Source of the DNA: a virus
Virus record (IMG/VR): IMGVR_UViG_3300010231_000010
Span: 1 to 52,233 of that record
Direction: 5' to 3' (one strand)
Length of the DNA: 52,233 nucleotides
The position numbers and the translations under genes are program-made. This document shows, in pieces, positions 14,827-23,212 of this stretch (position 1 is the stretch's first letter; each line of letters starts with the position of its first letter). The notes under the pieces were generated by a model. It worked only from the letters and a program-made list of their open reading frames with translations, was not told the origin of the DNA and made no database searches.

Positions 14827-15756
14827 GTGCCTAGAGATCACGCCAGAATCAACCTGGACCTGTGGGGCGATGACGACTGGATGGACCTATCCGTCGATGC
14901 CCAGATGCTCTACCTGACGCTATACACCAACCCTGGATTGTCGTTCTGTGGCGCCGGAGAGTGGCATCCCGGACGCATCGCCGCTCGGGCACGTGACTGG
15001 ACCGTGCCGCGCGTAGAGGCTGCCGCCGCTGAGCTGTCGCTGCGCCTGTTCGTCGTCATCGACACCGACACCGGCGAGTACCTGCTGCGGTCCTGGATCA
15101 AGCACGACGGCCTGTGGCGCACCCCGAACATGGCCGTCACGGTCGCCAACGCACGAGGCGAACTGTCGTCCCGGACCTTGCGGGGAGTGGTGGTCTTCGA
15201 GGTCGCCAAGATCAAGAAATCCCACCCCGAATCAGGCTCATGGGATCGGCCGGCAGTGCAGAAAATGTTGGGCCAGAACGCCATCGACGCGGTCGAATTG
15301 GAGCCCTACAACCCCGGTCCCAACGGTGGGCTTAACCCCGGCTCTAACGGTGGCGCTAAGGGTGCCTCTAACCCTTACGGCGAGAACGGCGTTAACCCCA
15401 CCGCTAAGGGTGGCCCTACTCCAGCTCCTACTCCTAGCTCCTACTCCAACTCCAAGGGGGGTTACGTAAGTACGGAAGGTCACCAGGGCGCGACTGAGCA
15501 CCCCCGCCCTCATTGCCCTGACCATGAAGAGAACTCGGACGCTCCTTGCCCGAAGTGCAGAAGACGCCGGGAGTGGGACGAGCAGCACGAGGCCGAGGTG
15601 AAGCGCGACGAGCTCGAGCGCAAACGACAGTTGCGCGATATCGCCAAAAACTGCCCGGATTGCCACGGCACCAACACGATCGATGACGGCTTCAATGACG
15701 ACGGGTACCCCGTGTCCCGCCGCTGCGATCACGGATTGGCGGCTGACCATGCGTGA
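14827..15756 (+). CDS. Hypothetical protein, possible DNA-binding/replication-initiation-type protein with low-complexity linker and C-terminal Zn-ribbons
   Basis: 309 aa. It has a globular N-terminal half, an Asn/Pro/Gly-rich linker, and then HCPDH...CPKC and CPDCHG...C. The functional call is weak. Confidence 0.5.
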   Translation: MPRDHARINLDLWGDDDWMDLSVDAQMLYLTLYTNPGLSFCGAGEWHPGRIAARARDWTVPRVEAAAAELSLRLFVVIDTDTGEYLLRSWIKHDGLWRTPNMAVTVANARGELSSRTLRGVVVFEVAKIKKSHPESGSWDRPAVQKMLGQNAIDAVELEPYNPGPNGGLNPGSNGGAKGASNPYGENGVNPTAKGGPTPAPTPSSYSNSKGGYVSTEGHQGATEHPRPHCPDHEENSDAPCPKCRRRREWDEQHEAEVKRDELERKRQLRDIAKNCPDCHGTNTIDDGFNDDGYPVSRRCDHGLAADHA

Positions 15757-15946
15757 CTGGCTCGGATCATCCATCCAGCGCGAAGCCCTGGCTGTCTGTT
15801 GCCCTCATTGCCGCGCACCTGCTGGCGAGTTGTGCGTGAACGGGGATCAGCCACTCCGAGCGTTCCCTGCGCACGAAATTCGGATCAGAACGGCCCGTCA
15901 GGCACAACCACCCCAACCAACCACTTCTGAGCCCTCAGGAACCTAA
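15749..15946 (+). CDS. Small Zn-ribbon protein
   Basis: CCPHC...C motif; 8-nt overlap with the upstream gene. Confidence 0.55.
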   Translation: MRDWLGSSIQREALAVCCPHCRAPAGELCVNGDQPLRAFPAHEIRIRTARQAQPPQPTTSEPSGT

Positions 15947-15948
15947 CC

Positions 15949-16287
15949 ATGACACGAGAACCGCTATCCCTGATCGAACCCGCCACCCGACTGCCGCACG
16001 AATGCGACGGATGCCACCAGCGATGGGGCGGTTACAACACCGCACACTGCTGCGGATGCCACGAGACATTCACCGGCATCACCGCATTCGATGCCCACCG
16101 GACCGGATCGCACACCGAGACCGGCGAATCGATCGTCGACAAAGGCCGAACGGAACCGCGCGGACCAAGACGCTGCATAACGCCCGAATCGGTCGGCCTT
16201 GTCGATGCAGGCCGCGCATACCCGTGCTGGGGATTCCCTGGCGCTGACACCCATTGGACCGACGAAAACAGCCAGGAGACGCAATGA
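15949..16287 (+). CDS. Hypothetical protein with CDGC...HCCGCH..F...FD.HR motif
   Basis: 112-aa ORF carrying a Cys/His cluster. Confidence 0.6.
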   Translation: MTREPLSLIEPATRLPHECDGCHQRWGGYNTAHCCGCHETFTGITAFDAHRTGSHTETGESIVDKGRTEPRGPRRCITPESVGLVDAGRAYPCWGFPGADTHWTDENSQETQ

Positions 16288-17006
16288 GCCCCCAAAACGA
16301 CACGCCCCAGGACAACGACGAAGCCACGGCTAAGGCGACCATCGCGAAAGCCATCGATGACCACCTGAGCGTCATCGGCAACGGTCCGCTCGGAAACCTC
16401 CTTGCTGGACGCATCCTCGAAGCGCTCAAGAAGGCGGGATGGCTGCTCGTTCGCGCGGATCGATACCGCGTCGATGTGACGGCCGTCGGTGGACAACTCG
16501 GCGTATCGAAAGGGCTGCCCGGACTCGGCAACGGATTGACCCGGATCACCCGGAAGATGACTTCCGTAGGCCAGGAGGCCGGGGCGGGATTCGTGGGCGC
16601 ATTCGAACCCATAGCACCCGGAGCAACCCAAGCCGCGAAGACCGGTTTCGATCTCGTGAACCGCACCATCGACCGGCGCAACGCACAAGCCGCGCAACGA
16701 GCCATCGACGCCGAAGCTGAACTCGCTGCCGCCTTGGATTTGATCGGCCGGCGTAGTGACATCGTCGCCGTCCAACTGCCCGAACCGGACAAGACATCGC
16801 CGCCCGAGGACTGGAACTTCCCGGACGCCTACTGGGAGCCGCAACACGACTGGCACGCGGTCTCGGTTGAGGACGGGATGGTCGACGTCGGTTGCCAACT
16901 GCTGACGCCCGATCAGACGCGCGGTGTGGCTGCGATTTGGCTTGCCGCTGCTGCCCGTGCCGACGCTGCGAACGCCGCTGACACTGCCGACGGTGGTGAG
17001 AAATGA
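16284..17006 (+). CDS. Hypothetical protein
   Basis: ATGA overlap; 240 aa. Confidence 0.6.
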   Translation: MSPQNDTPQDNDEATAKATIAKAIDDHLSVIGNGPLGNLLAGRILEALKKAGWLLVRADRYRVDVTAVGGQLGVSKGLPGLGNGLTRITRKMTSVGQEAGAGFVGAFEPIAPGATQAAKTGFDLVNRTIDRRNAQAAQRAIDAEAELAAALDLIGRRSDIVAVQLPEPDKTSPPEDWNFPDAYWEPQHDWHAVSVEDGMVDVGCQLLTPDQTRGVAAIWLAAAARADAANAADTADGGEK

Positions 17007-17317
17007 GTTTCGAGGCGCGCGACATCATCGACAGGCACGTCATCAACCCCGGTGGACAGCACGACGGCTGGTGGGCGTGCATGTGTGGCGCACCATGGTC
17101 GGGCGAACACGTGCTGACGGCGCTCGCTGACGTCGGGTTCGCCGTCATCAAGCTACCCACTGTCGCGTATAAGGCTGAGGGCCGCACTGACGCTGAGTTC
17201 TTTCGTCAGGTCGCAGATCGCCTGGCGGACAGGCGATCCGGTTACGTGGGTGGCAGCAACGTGCGTGAAGCAGCCTCAGTCATCATGCGGGCAGTTGCGG
17301 CAGAGGCCGAACGATGA
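17003..17317 (+). CDS. Hypothetical protein
   Basis: ATGA overlap; 104 aa. Confidence 0.6.
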   Translation: MSFEARDIIDRHVINPGGQHDGWWACMCGAPWSGEHVLTALADVGFAVIKLPTVAYKAEGRTDAEFFRQVADRLADRRSGYVGGSNVREAASVIMRAVAAEAER

Positions 17318-17381
17318 CCGCTGATTCCCTCACCTCGTGGCGTCGTCGCCGCAGGTATCACCGCACAAGCTGGAGGATGCG

Positions 17382-17822
17382 ATGAGCGACAGTCGTAAGG
17401 CAATCGCCGAAGCTGCTGAGGAATACTTCCGAGCCTTGGAGCGCGACGGCTACCGGCCAGAAGGATGCTCCGGTGATGACGCTGCCAATGCCATTCTCGC
17501 GGCCCTCGATGCAGCCGGATGGGTCGCATTCCGTCCGTCCGAGATCACACGCATCGACATCATCGGAGAGCGTGTGTCGGAGACGTGGGCCGATGAATGC
17601 TTCGCCTCGGTCCAGGATGAAGGCCGTACGCTCAAGCTGTTCCCGTACGGCGAAGGGCTTGCCACACAGGAACTTAAGGCCAAGTCGTTGGTTGCCGATC
17701 TCAAAGCCGCCATCGCGGCGCGGCGACGACCTACGTGCGATACGTGCGCATGGAAAGACTCCGACCAATCTTGCCCTGGTCGCTGGTGCGAGAAGCGAAA
17801 CCACCTGGCGGATGAGCTATGA
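17382..17822 (+). CDS. Hypothetical protein
   Basis: ATG 17382 follows GGAGGA; 146 aa. Confidence 0.6.
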   Translation: MSDSRKAIAEAAEEYFRALERDGYRPEGCSGDDAANAILAALDAAGWVAFRPSEITRIDIIGERVSETWADECFASVQDEGRTLKLFPYGEGLATQELKAKSLVADLKAAIAARRRPTCDTCAWKDSDQSCPGRWCEKRNHLADEL

Positions 17823-18160
17823 ATCGTCACCAGCTCCAAGCCTGCATCAGCGCCGAACTTCAAACCGCCATGAAGGACTACACCCACGACGATTTGCCAC
17901 GCACAGTCACCGATACCGCCGCGCATGATGTCCTGTCGGCGTTGCGGGAAGGGCTGCGGATCACCACGATTCAACAGTTGGATGCGCTACCACAAGGCGC
18001 AGTCATCCGTTGTGCTGACCGAAGAATTCGGGAGAAGTTCGCCGACGGGCACTGGTATGCAACAGGTTCAAACTGCATGTATGGCAGCCACCTTCGCCAA
18101 TGCATGCTGGACGCGCACCTGATTTGGCATCCGGCGTGGATCACGAAAGGCATGAGATGA
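17819..18160 (+). CDS. Hypothetical protein (paralogue of the next gene)
   Basis: ATGA overlap. It shares ...T(I/V)(Q/E)QLDALP.G.V(I/L)R... and a C-terminal H.(I/W)HP.W motif with 18157..18546. Confidence 0.6.
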   Translation: MNRHQLQACISAELQTAMKDYTHDDLPRTVTDTAAHDVLSALREGLRITTIQQLDALPQGAVIRCADRRIREKFADGHWYATGSNCMYGSHLRQCMLDAHLIWHPAWITKGMR

Positions 18161-18546
18161 GCGACCAATTCCCAAGCCATGCCCAAGTACTCGCGCAACA
18201 CCTGCGCTACCAAGATCGACCCGACCGTGGAGAGTGGCGAGTGTTCTGCTCATGCGAATCACGCAAATGGTTCACCGAGCCGATTGAAGTCGTCAATGAC
18301 GAGACCTACATCGCGCACGTCGAGCGGGTGTGGCGTGAGGCGTGCACGGTCAAGACGGTCGAACAACTGGATGCGCTGCCCGTCGGAACGGTCCTACGTG
18401 AGGACTATGACGGCACCATCTGGACACTCCACGACGGCGGAAAGCACATCGAAGCGTACCGGGAATGCGACTACCTGCCGCTCCTCACATCAGCAATCAA
18501 CCTGCCTGCCCGCGTGATTCACCACCCCTACTGGGAGACCAGATGA
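18157..18546 (+). CDS. Hypothetical protein (paralogue of the previous gene)
   Basis: ATGA overlap; contains TVEQLDALPVGTVLRE ... RVIHHPYW. Confidence 0.6.
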   Translation: MSDQFPSHAQVLAQHLRYQDRPDRGEWRVFCSCESRKWFTEPIEVVNDETYIAHVERVWREACTVKTVEQLDALPVGTVLREDYDGTIWTLHDGGKHIEAYRECDYLPLLTSAINLPARVIHHPYWETR

Positions 18547-18908
18547 GCAAGCACGCCAAACCCACGCTCGTGCATATCTGGACATCGGACACCGAGAACC
18601 CGCTGAACCTGCTGGTCAACGACTGGTTCGAGAGCGGTCACTACGCGCGCTTCACCATCCCTAGGGATATCGGCAAGTCGATCTTTGGGTTGGTGCACAA
18701 GGCGACCGTTCGAGCGGTTGTACTCAGCTCCGAGGAAATCGAATGGCACATCGAAGCTATGCACGCCCGCGACTACATGCCAGCGCTCATGGTCGAGTGC
18801 ACCTCTCGGCGCGCATGGCGTGAGCGCGCAACCCTGACTGACGAATGGTTCCTACTGAACCACGAATCAATCGGCCTCAGCCTCGCCAATCCGGAGGCGA
18901 TCCGATGA
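18543..18908 (+). CDS. Hypothetical protein
   Basis: ATGA overlap; 121 aa. Confidence 0.6.
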   Translation: MSKHAKPTLVHIWTSDTENPLNLLVNDWFESGHYARFTIPRDIGKSIFGLVHKATVRAVVLSSEEIEWHIEAMHARDYMPALMVECTSRRAWRERATLTDEWFLLNHESIGLSLANPEAIR

Positions 18909-19093
18909 GCTTCCAGGCCAACTACCCCGGAGACTGCCAAGAATGCGGCCACCGATTCAAGGCAGGTGACTGGATCGACAGGCACATCGACGGCTACCAG
19001 CACCACGACTGCAAAACCGCCGTGAAGCACGAATACACACGCGGAGACGCCTGCACCAAATGCCTACTCGTACATGCAGGGGAGTGTTTCTGA
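18905..19093 (+). CDS. Small Zn-ribbon protein
   Basis: ATGA overlap; CQECGH...C...CTKC motif. Confidence 0.55.
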   Translation: MSFQANYPGDCQECGHRFKAGDWIDRHIDGYQHHDCKTAVKHEYTRGDACTKCLLVHAGECF

Positions 19094-19299
19094 TGACCGA
19101 CCGCGAACTCATGGACCAACTCGCCGCCATCCGAAAAACCAAACGCATCAAACAATCCACCGTAGCCAGACGCATGCACACAGCAGCCAGCAGCATCAGC
19201 CACCTCGAAAACCACCGCCACCCAAGCCTCGAAACCACACTCCGATACGCCGCAGCCATCGGAGTCACCATCGGAATCACAGGAGCCGCCGACAAATGA
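19093..19299 (+). CDS. HTH DNA-binding protein (XRE-like)
   Basis: IKQSTVARRMHTAASSISHLENHRHPSLETTLRYAAAIG; TGATG overlap. Confidence 0.7.
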   Translation: MTDRELMDQLAAIRKTKRIKQSTVARRMHTAASSISHLENHRHPSLETTLRYAAAIGVTIGITGAADK

Positions 19300-19460
19300 G
19301 TGATCTCCCGATTGGACACGCCACCACCTACATCGACAGCGAAGGCGAAGAACGCTGCGAATGCGGGAAATGGCTCGAACCGCCCTACTACGAGCATGAA
19401 GACCACGTGCGGTCCGTTGAACGGAAAGCCAAGTTGAGCGCCAAAGGAGCCGCCGAATGA
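19296..19460 (+). CDS. 54-aa hypothetical protein
   Basis: ATGA overlap. Confidence 0.5.
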   Translation: MSDLPIGHATTYIDSEGEERCECGKWLEPPYYEHEDHVRSVERKAKLSAKGAAE

Positions 19461-19858
19461 CCACGCCCGCCGAGACTTGCCCGCACTGCACGCACCCCTG
19501 GGCTGGCCACGCACCCGACTACGACAACCCCAAGGCGGCCCGCTGCGGCGAATGCGGATGCCGATGGCGCAACCCGGCAGACATCCCACCACCAGCGCCG
19601 CCAACTGAACGTGACGACCTGGCGGAAACCATCGCCAACGTCATCTGGGGCGAGCTCGAATCTCAATCTGAGGCAGACCCATTCAGTGGTCCGTGTGTTG
19701 TCCGAGGTGAATTGATCGACGGGTTTGTGGACATGACCGCAGTGGCCAAAGCTGTCGCCGCCATCTTCGTCGACGACCGGGATGACTGCACCTCGTGCCA
19801 TAGCCCATGTGCTGTATCCGAATGGAAGACGCCGCTGAACGGAGACGACGCCGAATGA
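19457..19858 (+). CDS. Hypothetical Cys-rich protein
   Basis: ATGA overlap; CPHC...CGECGC motif. Confidence 0.6.
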   Translation: MTTPAETCPHCTHPWAGHAPDYDNPKAARCGECGCRWRNPADIPPPAPPTERDDLAETIANVIWGELESQSEADPFSGPCVVRGELIDGFVDMTAVAKAVAAIFVDDRDDCTSCHSPCAVSEWKTPLNGDDAE

Positions 19859-20523
19859 GCCAGCCAGTGAACGAAGACGGAAACCTGCCCGCCGCCAAAA
19901 CCAAACTCGGGAACGCCATCTCGGCACTCATCGACCCAAAACCACACACCCTCAAACGCGAATACGACGACGGCACCAGCGTCGGAGTCGAATGGATCGA
20001 CAGCCTCTACGACCAACTCACCGACGCCATCCCCGGCGGACAAGGCAACGCCAGCCGCGTCCCACAATCCAGCCCACCCATGTGCATCGACGCCGTCGAC
20101 CTCATGCACAAAATCAACACCCGCACCGCCGAATGGGAACCACGCCCCCAAATCGACGCATCCGGCGACATCACCACCACCATGGCCATCATCCGACTCA
20201 AATCACTCGACAACCACGGATGGAGACCACAAGACACCACCCACGTCGAAAACATCGCCACCGAGATCGAAGCCTGGTGCGAAGCAATCAAATCCCTACT
20301 CAACCCCGCCAGAAAGTGGACTTTGCCCAATCCGTGCCCAGCCTGCGACGTCGCAATCGTCTACCGACGCAACAGCGCCGGCGAAACCGTCAGACAACCC
20401 GCGCTACAAATCGGACCGCTCGGATGCGTCTGCCAACACTGCCACTACGCATGGGCACCCGAATACTTCCAACACCTCGCCCAAGTGCTCGGATATCAGC
20501 TTCCACCAGGCGTTTTGGAGTAA
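19855..20523 (+). CDS. Hypothetical protein with C-terminal Zn-ribbon (CPAC...CQHC)
   Basis: ATGA overlap; 222 aa. Confidence 0.6.
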   Translation: MSQPVNEDGNLPAAKTKLGNAISALIDPKPHTLKREYDDGTSVGVEWIDSLYDQLTDAIPGGQGNASRVPQSSPPMCIDAVDLMHKINTRTAEWEPRPQIDASGDITTTMAIIRLKSLDNHGWRPQDTTHVENIATEIEAWCEAIKSLLNPARKWTLPNPCPACDVAIVYRRNSAGETVRQPALQIGPLGCVCQHCHYAWAPEYFQHLAQVLGYQLPPGVLE

Positions 20524-20598
20524 AATCGAACATGCAAACGAAGGCCCCGGCGACGGCTGGCACCGCCCCGGGGAATGGCCGACCACAAGGAGTCGACA

Positions 20599-21135
20599 AT
20601 GGCCAAGTCTAGAACAATCAACGCCCGAAAGATGTGGGCACAAGACGACGACGTCATATACAAAGATCGAATCCGCTGCGCGATCTTCGGATGCCACAGC
20701 GATCCAATGATCGGCACTTATGTCTGCATCCACCATGCAGTAGAGATCAGCGACGACGTAAAACAGACATACGAGCGATGGCTCGGACCCATAGACAATG
20801 ACTGGTCGCCCCCAACATTCCCGCCATTCGTCTACTACCTCATGCTTGGACCGGCCACAGTCAAGATCGGCACGTCGCGGAACGTCGTAGACCGGATCAG
20901 GCAACTGCGCAGTGACATCCAGTATGTGGTCGCACTCGAACGAGGAAGCTACGAACTCGAACGGCAACGACACCTGCAATTCGCAGATGAACGACTCGGA
21001 CAACGCGAGGACTTCCGCCTGACAGACCGACTCAAGGCGCACATCGAATCGCTCATCCCGCAGCGAGACGAGATTCTGAAAGAAGCCACGGCACGCCGAG
21101 TGCCTTTGCGTCCTCCGCCACCAGCGAAAACCTGA
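20599..21135 (+). CDS. T5orf172 / GIY-YIG-superfamily domain protein with N-terminal Cys/His finger
   Basis: AAGGAG lies 8 nt before ATG 20599. N-terminal CAIFGCH...CIHH, then YYLMLGPATVKIGTSRNVVDRIRQLR...ERQRHLQF...EDFRLT. Confidence 0.6.
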   Translation: MAKSRTINARKMWAQDDDVIYKDRIRCAIFGCHSDPMIGTYVCIHHAVEISDDVKQTYERWLGPIDNDWSPPTFPPFVYYLMLGPATVKIGTSRNVVDRIRQLRSDIQYVVALERGSYELERQRHLQFADERLGQREDFRLTDRLKAHIESLIPQRDEILKEATARRVPLRPPPPAKT

Positions 21136-21222
21136 TACGGTGTCAGACGGCGCTATTAGTGTGCCCAATCCCGGAAAGCCCTGACCATGCGGTTGGGGCT
21201 TTCGTCATGTCAGGGGGTCGAC

Positions 21223-21399
21223 GTGGCCAAGGTCTACCCAGCCCCACCACTGCCAGTACGCATCACGGCAGCACTCAGGCGACTCCGAGAAGCACGAGCA
21301 GACGGCGACGCACACCGAATCCACTACGCAGCACGGTTGCTCGATCAGCTCTTGGATCAGTGGCCACGTACATCCAGCAGCCTGAAGGAATCGAAGTGA
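21223..21399 (+). CDS. Hypothetical 58-aa protein
   Basis: GTG 21223 follows AGGGGG. Confidence 0.45.
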   Translation: MAKVYPAPPLPVRITAALRRLREARADGDAHRIHYAARLLDQLLDQWPRTSSSLKESK

Positions 21400-21677
21400 A
21401 CGACGCCATTGCCCTGGCCAACCGGTCGATCCAATACGCCGGCGAGCGTGCTGGCATCGTCACCAACGGGCTCATGGACCAGCTGCTCGCACCAGACACC
21501 CGGACACCCCGCGAACGCCTCATGGAAGATTGGCTCGACTTCAACGGTGCCGATGCGGGATACGGCCTCGGCCTGCTGATCTACATCAGCTCGGCGGTCG
21601 CGCTGATCTTCGCGCCAGCTCCGATCCTGCTCATACCGATCGTCATCTCGTTCGCACTCTGCTGGTACTTCGCGTGA
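21396..21677 (+). CDS. Small membrane protein
   Basis: GTGA overlap with GAAGGA upstream. C-terminal TM pair LGLLIYISSAVALIFAPAPILLIPIVISFALCWYF. Confidence 0.55.
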   Translation: MNDAIALANRSIQYAGERAGIVTNGLMDQLLAPDTRTPRERLMEDWLDFNGADAGYGLGLLIYISSAVALIFAPAPILLIPIVISFALCWYFA

Positions 21678-22102
21678 ACCTCGACGACCTCGCCGAACAA
21701 GCAGCACCACACCTCGCAACACTCATCTACCCCGGCGACAACGACACACCAGCATTCCCACTCAACGTCCCCGTCTTCCAACCACACACGTTGCCTGAGG
21801 GCATGGCCGACGCAGAAGCCGAAGAACTCGGCCTACCGACCAACAACTTCGGCGTACTGTTCCTCAAAGCTCTGTTCCACACGCTCACCACGCAGCTCGG
21901 CATCACCATGGTCGATGCTGCTGAACTGGCCGACCTACAAGCGGCAGCCGCCACCAACGAACACAAGCGCAACGAAGTCAAACGCTTCCAATTCGCATGC
22001 GGCCAACCAGCATTCCGCGTCATGGTCAAAGACTTCGACAGCGAACACCCGATCATCCCGTGCGAGACCGAAGACGTACAGAAGGCCCACACCCATGGCT
22101 GA
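21674..22102 (+). CDS. Hypothetical protein
   Basis: GTGA overlap; 142 aa. Confidence 0.55.
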   Translation: MNLDDLAEQAAPHLATLIYPGDNDTPAFPLNVPVFQPHTLPEGMADAEAEELGLPTNNFGVLFLKALFHTLTTQLGITMVDAAELADLQAAAATNEHKRNEVKRFQFACGQPAFRVMVKDFDSEHPIIPCETEDVQKAHTHG

Positions 22103-22298
22103 CATCCGCATCGAGATCGACGGACAAGAGTTCTGGGCTGGCAACGTCACCGACTGGAACCCACCACCCACACCACCACGTATCCAAGGCCCCATCAAAG
22201 CCGCCGACATGCCACCATCAATCCGAGGTGTACTCGCCAAGGCCATGTGCAAAGCCATCGAACAGGCGACCGGGTTCAAAGTCGACATCAAAGCCTGA
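22095..22298 (+). CDS. Hypothetical protein
   Basis: 8-nt overlap with the upstream gene; 67 aa. Confidence 0.55.
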   Translation: MADIRIEIDGQEFWAGNVTDWNPPPTPPRIQGPIKAADMPPSIRGVLAKAMCKAIEQATGFKVDIKA

Positions 22299-22534
22299 TG
22301 CCCAGCTACGACGCAGCACACAAAGCACGACGCCGGCGCGAACAGAAGAACGTAGACGCCGGCATTGCCTACTGCTGGCGCTGCACCAAACACATCCCAC
22401 CCGGCAGCCAATGGGACCTCGGCCACGACGACAACGACCCCACCAAATACATGGGACCCGAACACGTCGGCTGCAACCGAGCCACATCAACCCATAAAGC
22501 CATGACGGTCACCGACAACTCCCGCGACTGGTAG
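22298..22534 (+). CDS. HNH endonuclease
   Basis: CWRC...WDLGHDDNDPTKYMGPEHVGCNRA is an HNH core. It lies immediately upstream of the terminase genes. Confidence 0.85.
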   Translation: MPSYDAAHKARRRREQKNVDAGIAYCWRCTKHIPPGSQWDLGHDDNDPTKYMGPEHVGCNRATSTHKAMTVTDNSRDW

Positions 22535-22598
22535 AAGTTTGCTGGAACGGTCGACGGTGTTAGCTGACCGCTAGTCGACCGGCTGGACTGTCCATACT

Positions 22599-22664
22599 AT
22601 AACCGCAGGTCAGCGCACCGGCACCCACGACCCAGCTCGGCCGCTCGACATAACCGCAGGTCAG
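22599..22664. repeat. Two 15-bp direct repeats (ATAACCGCAGGTCAG) in the HNH-terminase spacer; candidate terminase recognition / cos-region element
   Basis: Exact copies at 22599-22613 and 22650-22664, 51 bp apart, inside the 297-bp non-coding gap before terS. Confidence 0.6.
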
Positions 22665-22831
22665 AGGCCCGGGGGTGGGTCGCCCACGAGACCGGCATCG
22701 GCCCAGGTGGGACCGCCAATCGAAGTCCTGATCCCTCCCCGGGGTAGTCGTGCACAGATAGTTGTTTGCAGACGCTCTGCTTATTTGGCGGAATGCTCTG
22801 CGGCGCAACGACTCTGGAGAGGAGTGGACAC

Positions 22832-23212
22832 GTGCAACAGATATGCGATGTGTGCGGTCGCGACTTCGAGTCGAAGCGCAAGGACGCCAAGACATGCAGC
22901 GCTACGTGTCGCAGCAACAAGCGCAACACGTCGGCGCCTCCCGATGACGACGATGCCGGCGGGTATTCGCTGGTTGATGCGATCCGGTCTGAGCTTGAGG
23001 AAGCCGGGAAGCTGAATACGTCGTTGGGGCAGTTGGCTTTGGTGCTTGCTCGGCGAATTGGCTCGGAAACGACTGGCGTGGCGGCGTTGTCGAAGGAGTT
23101 GTCGCGGGTGACCGCCGCGGCGATCGGATCGGCAACTCCTGGTGCGTCTGCCGGCGAGGGTGACTACATCGATGAGTTGAGGAAGCGCCGCGACGCCAAG
23201 AAGGCTGTTTGA
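22832..23212 (+). CDS. Terminase small subunit candidate
   Basis: GTG 22832 follows GGAGAGGAG. It has an N-terminal Zn-ribbon (CDVCG...CSATC) and lies directly upstream of the large subunit. Confidence 0.7.
   Translation: MQQICDVCGRDFESKRKDAKTCSATCRSNKRNTSAPPDDDDAGGYSLVDAIRSELEEAGKLNTSLGQLALVLARRIGSETTGVAALSKELSRVTAAAIGSATPGASAGEGDYIDELRKRRDAKKAV

Noticed and set aside
21174-21203. Hairpin after the T5orf172 gene as a terminator
   Set aside because: It has only an 8-bp stem, a 14-nt loop and no T tract, which is too weak to call.
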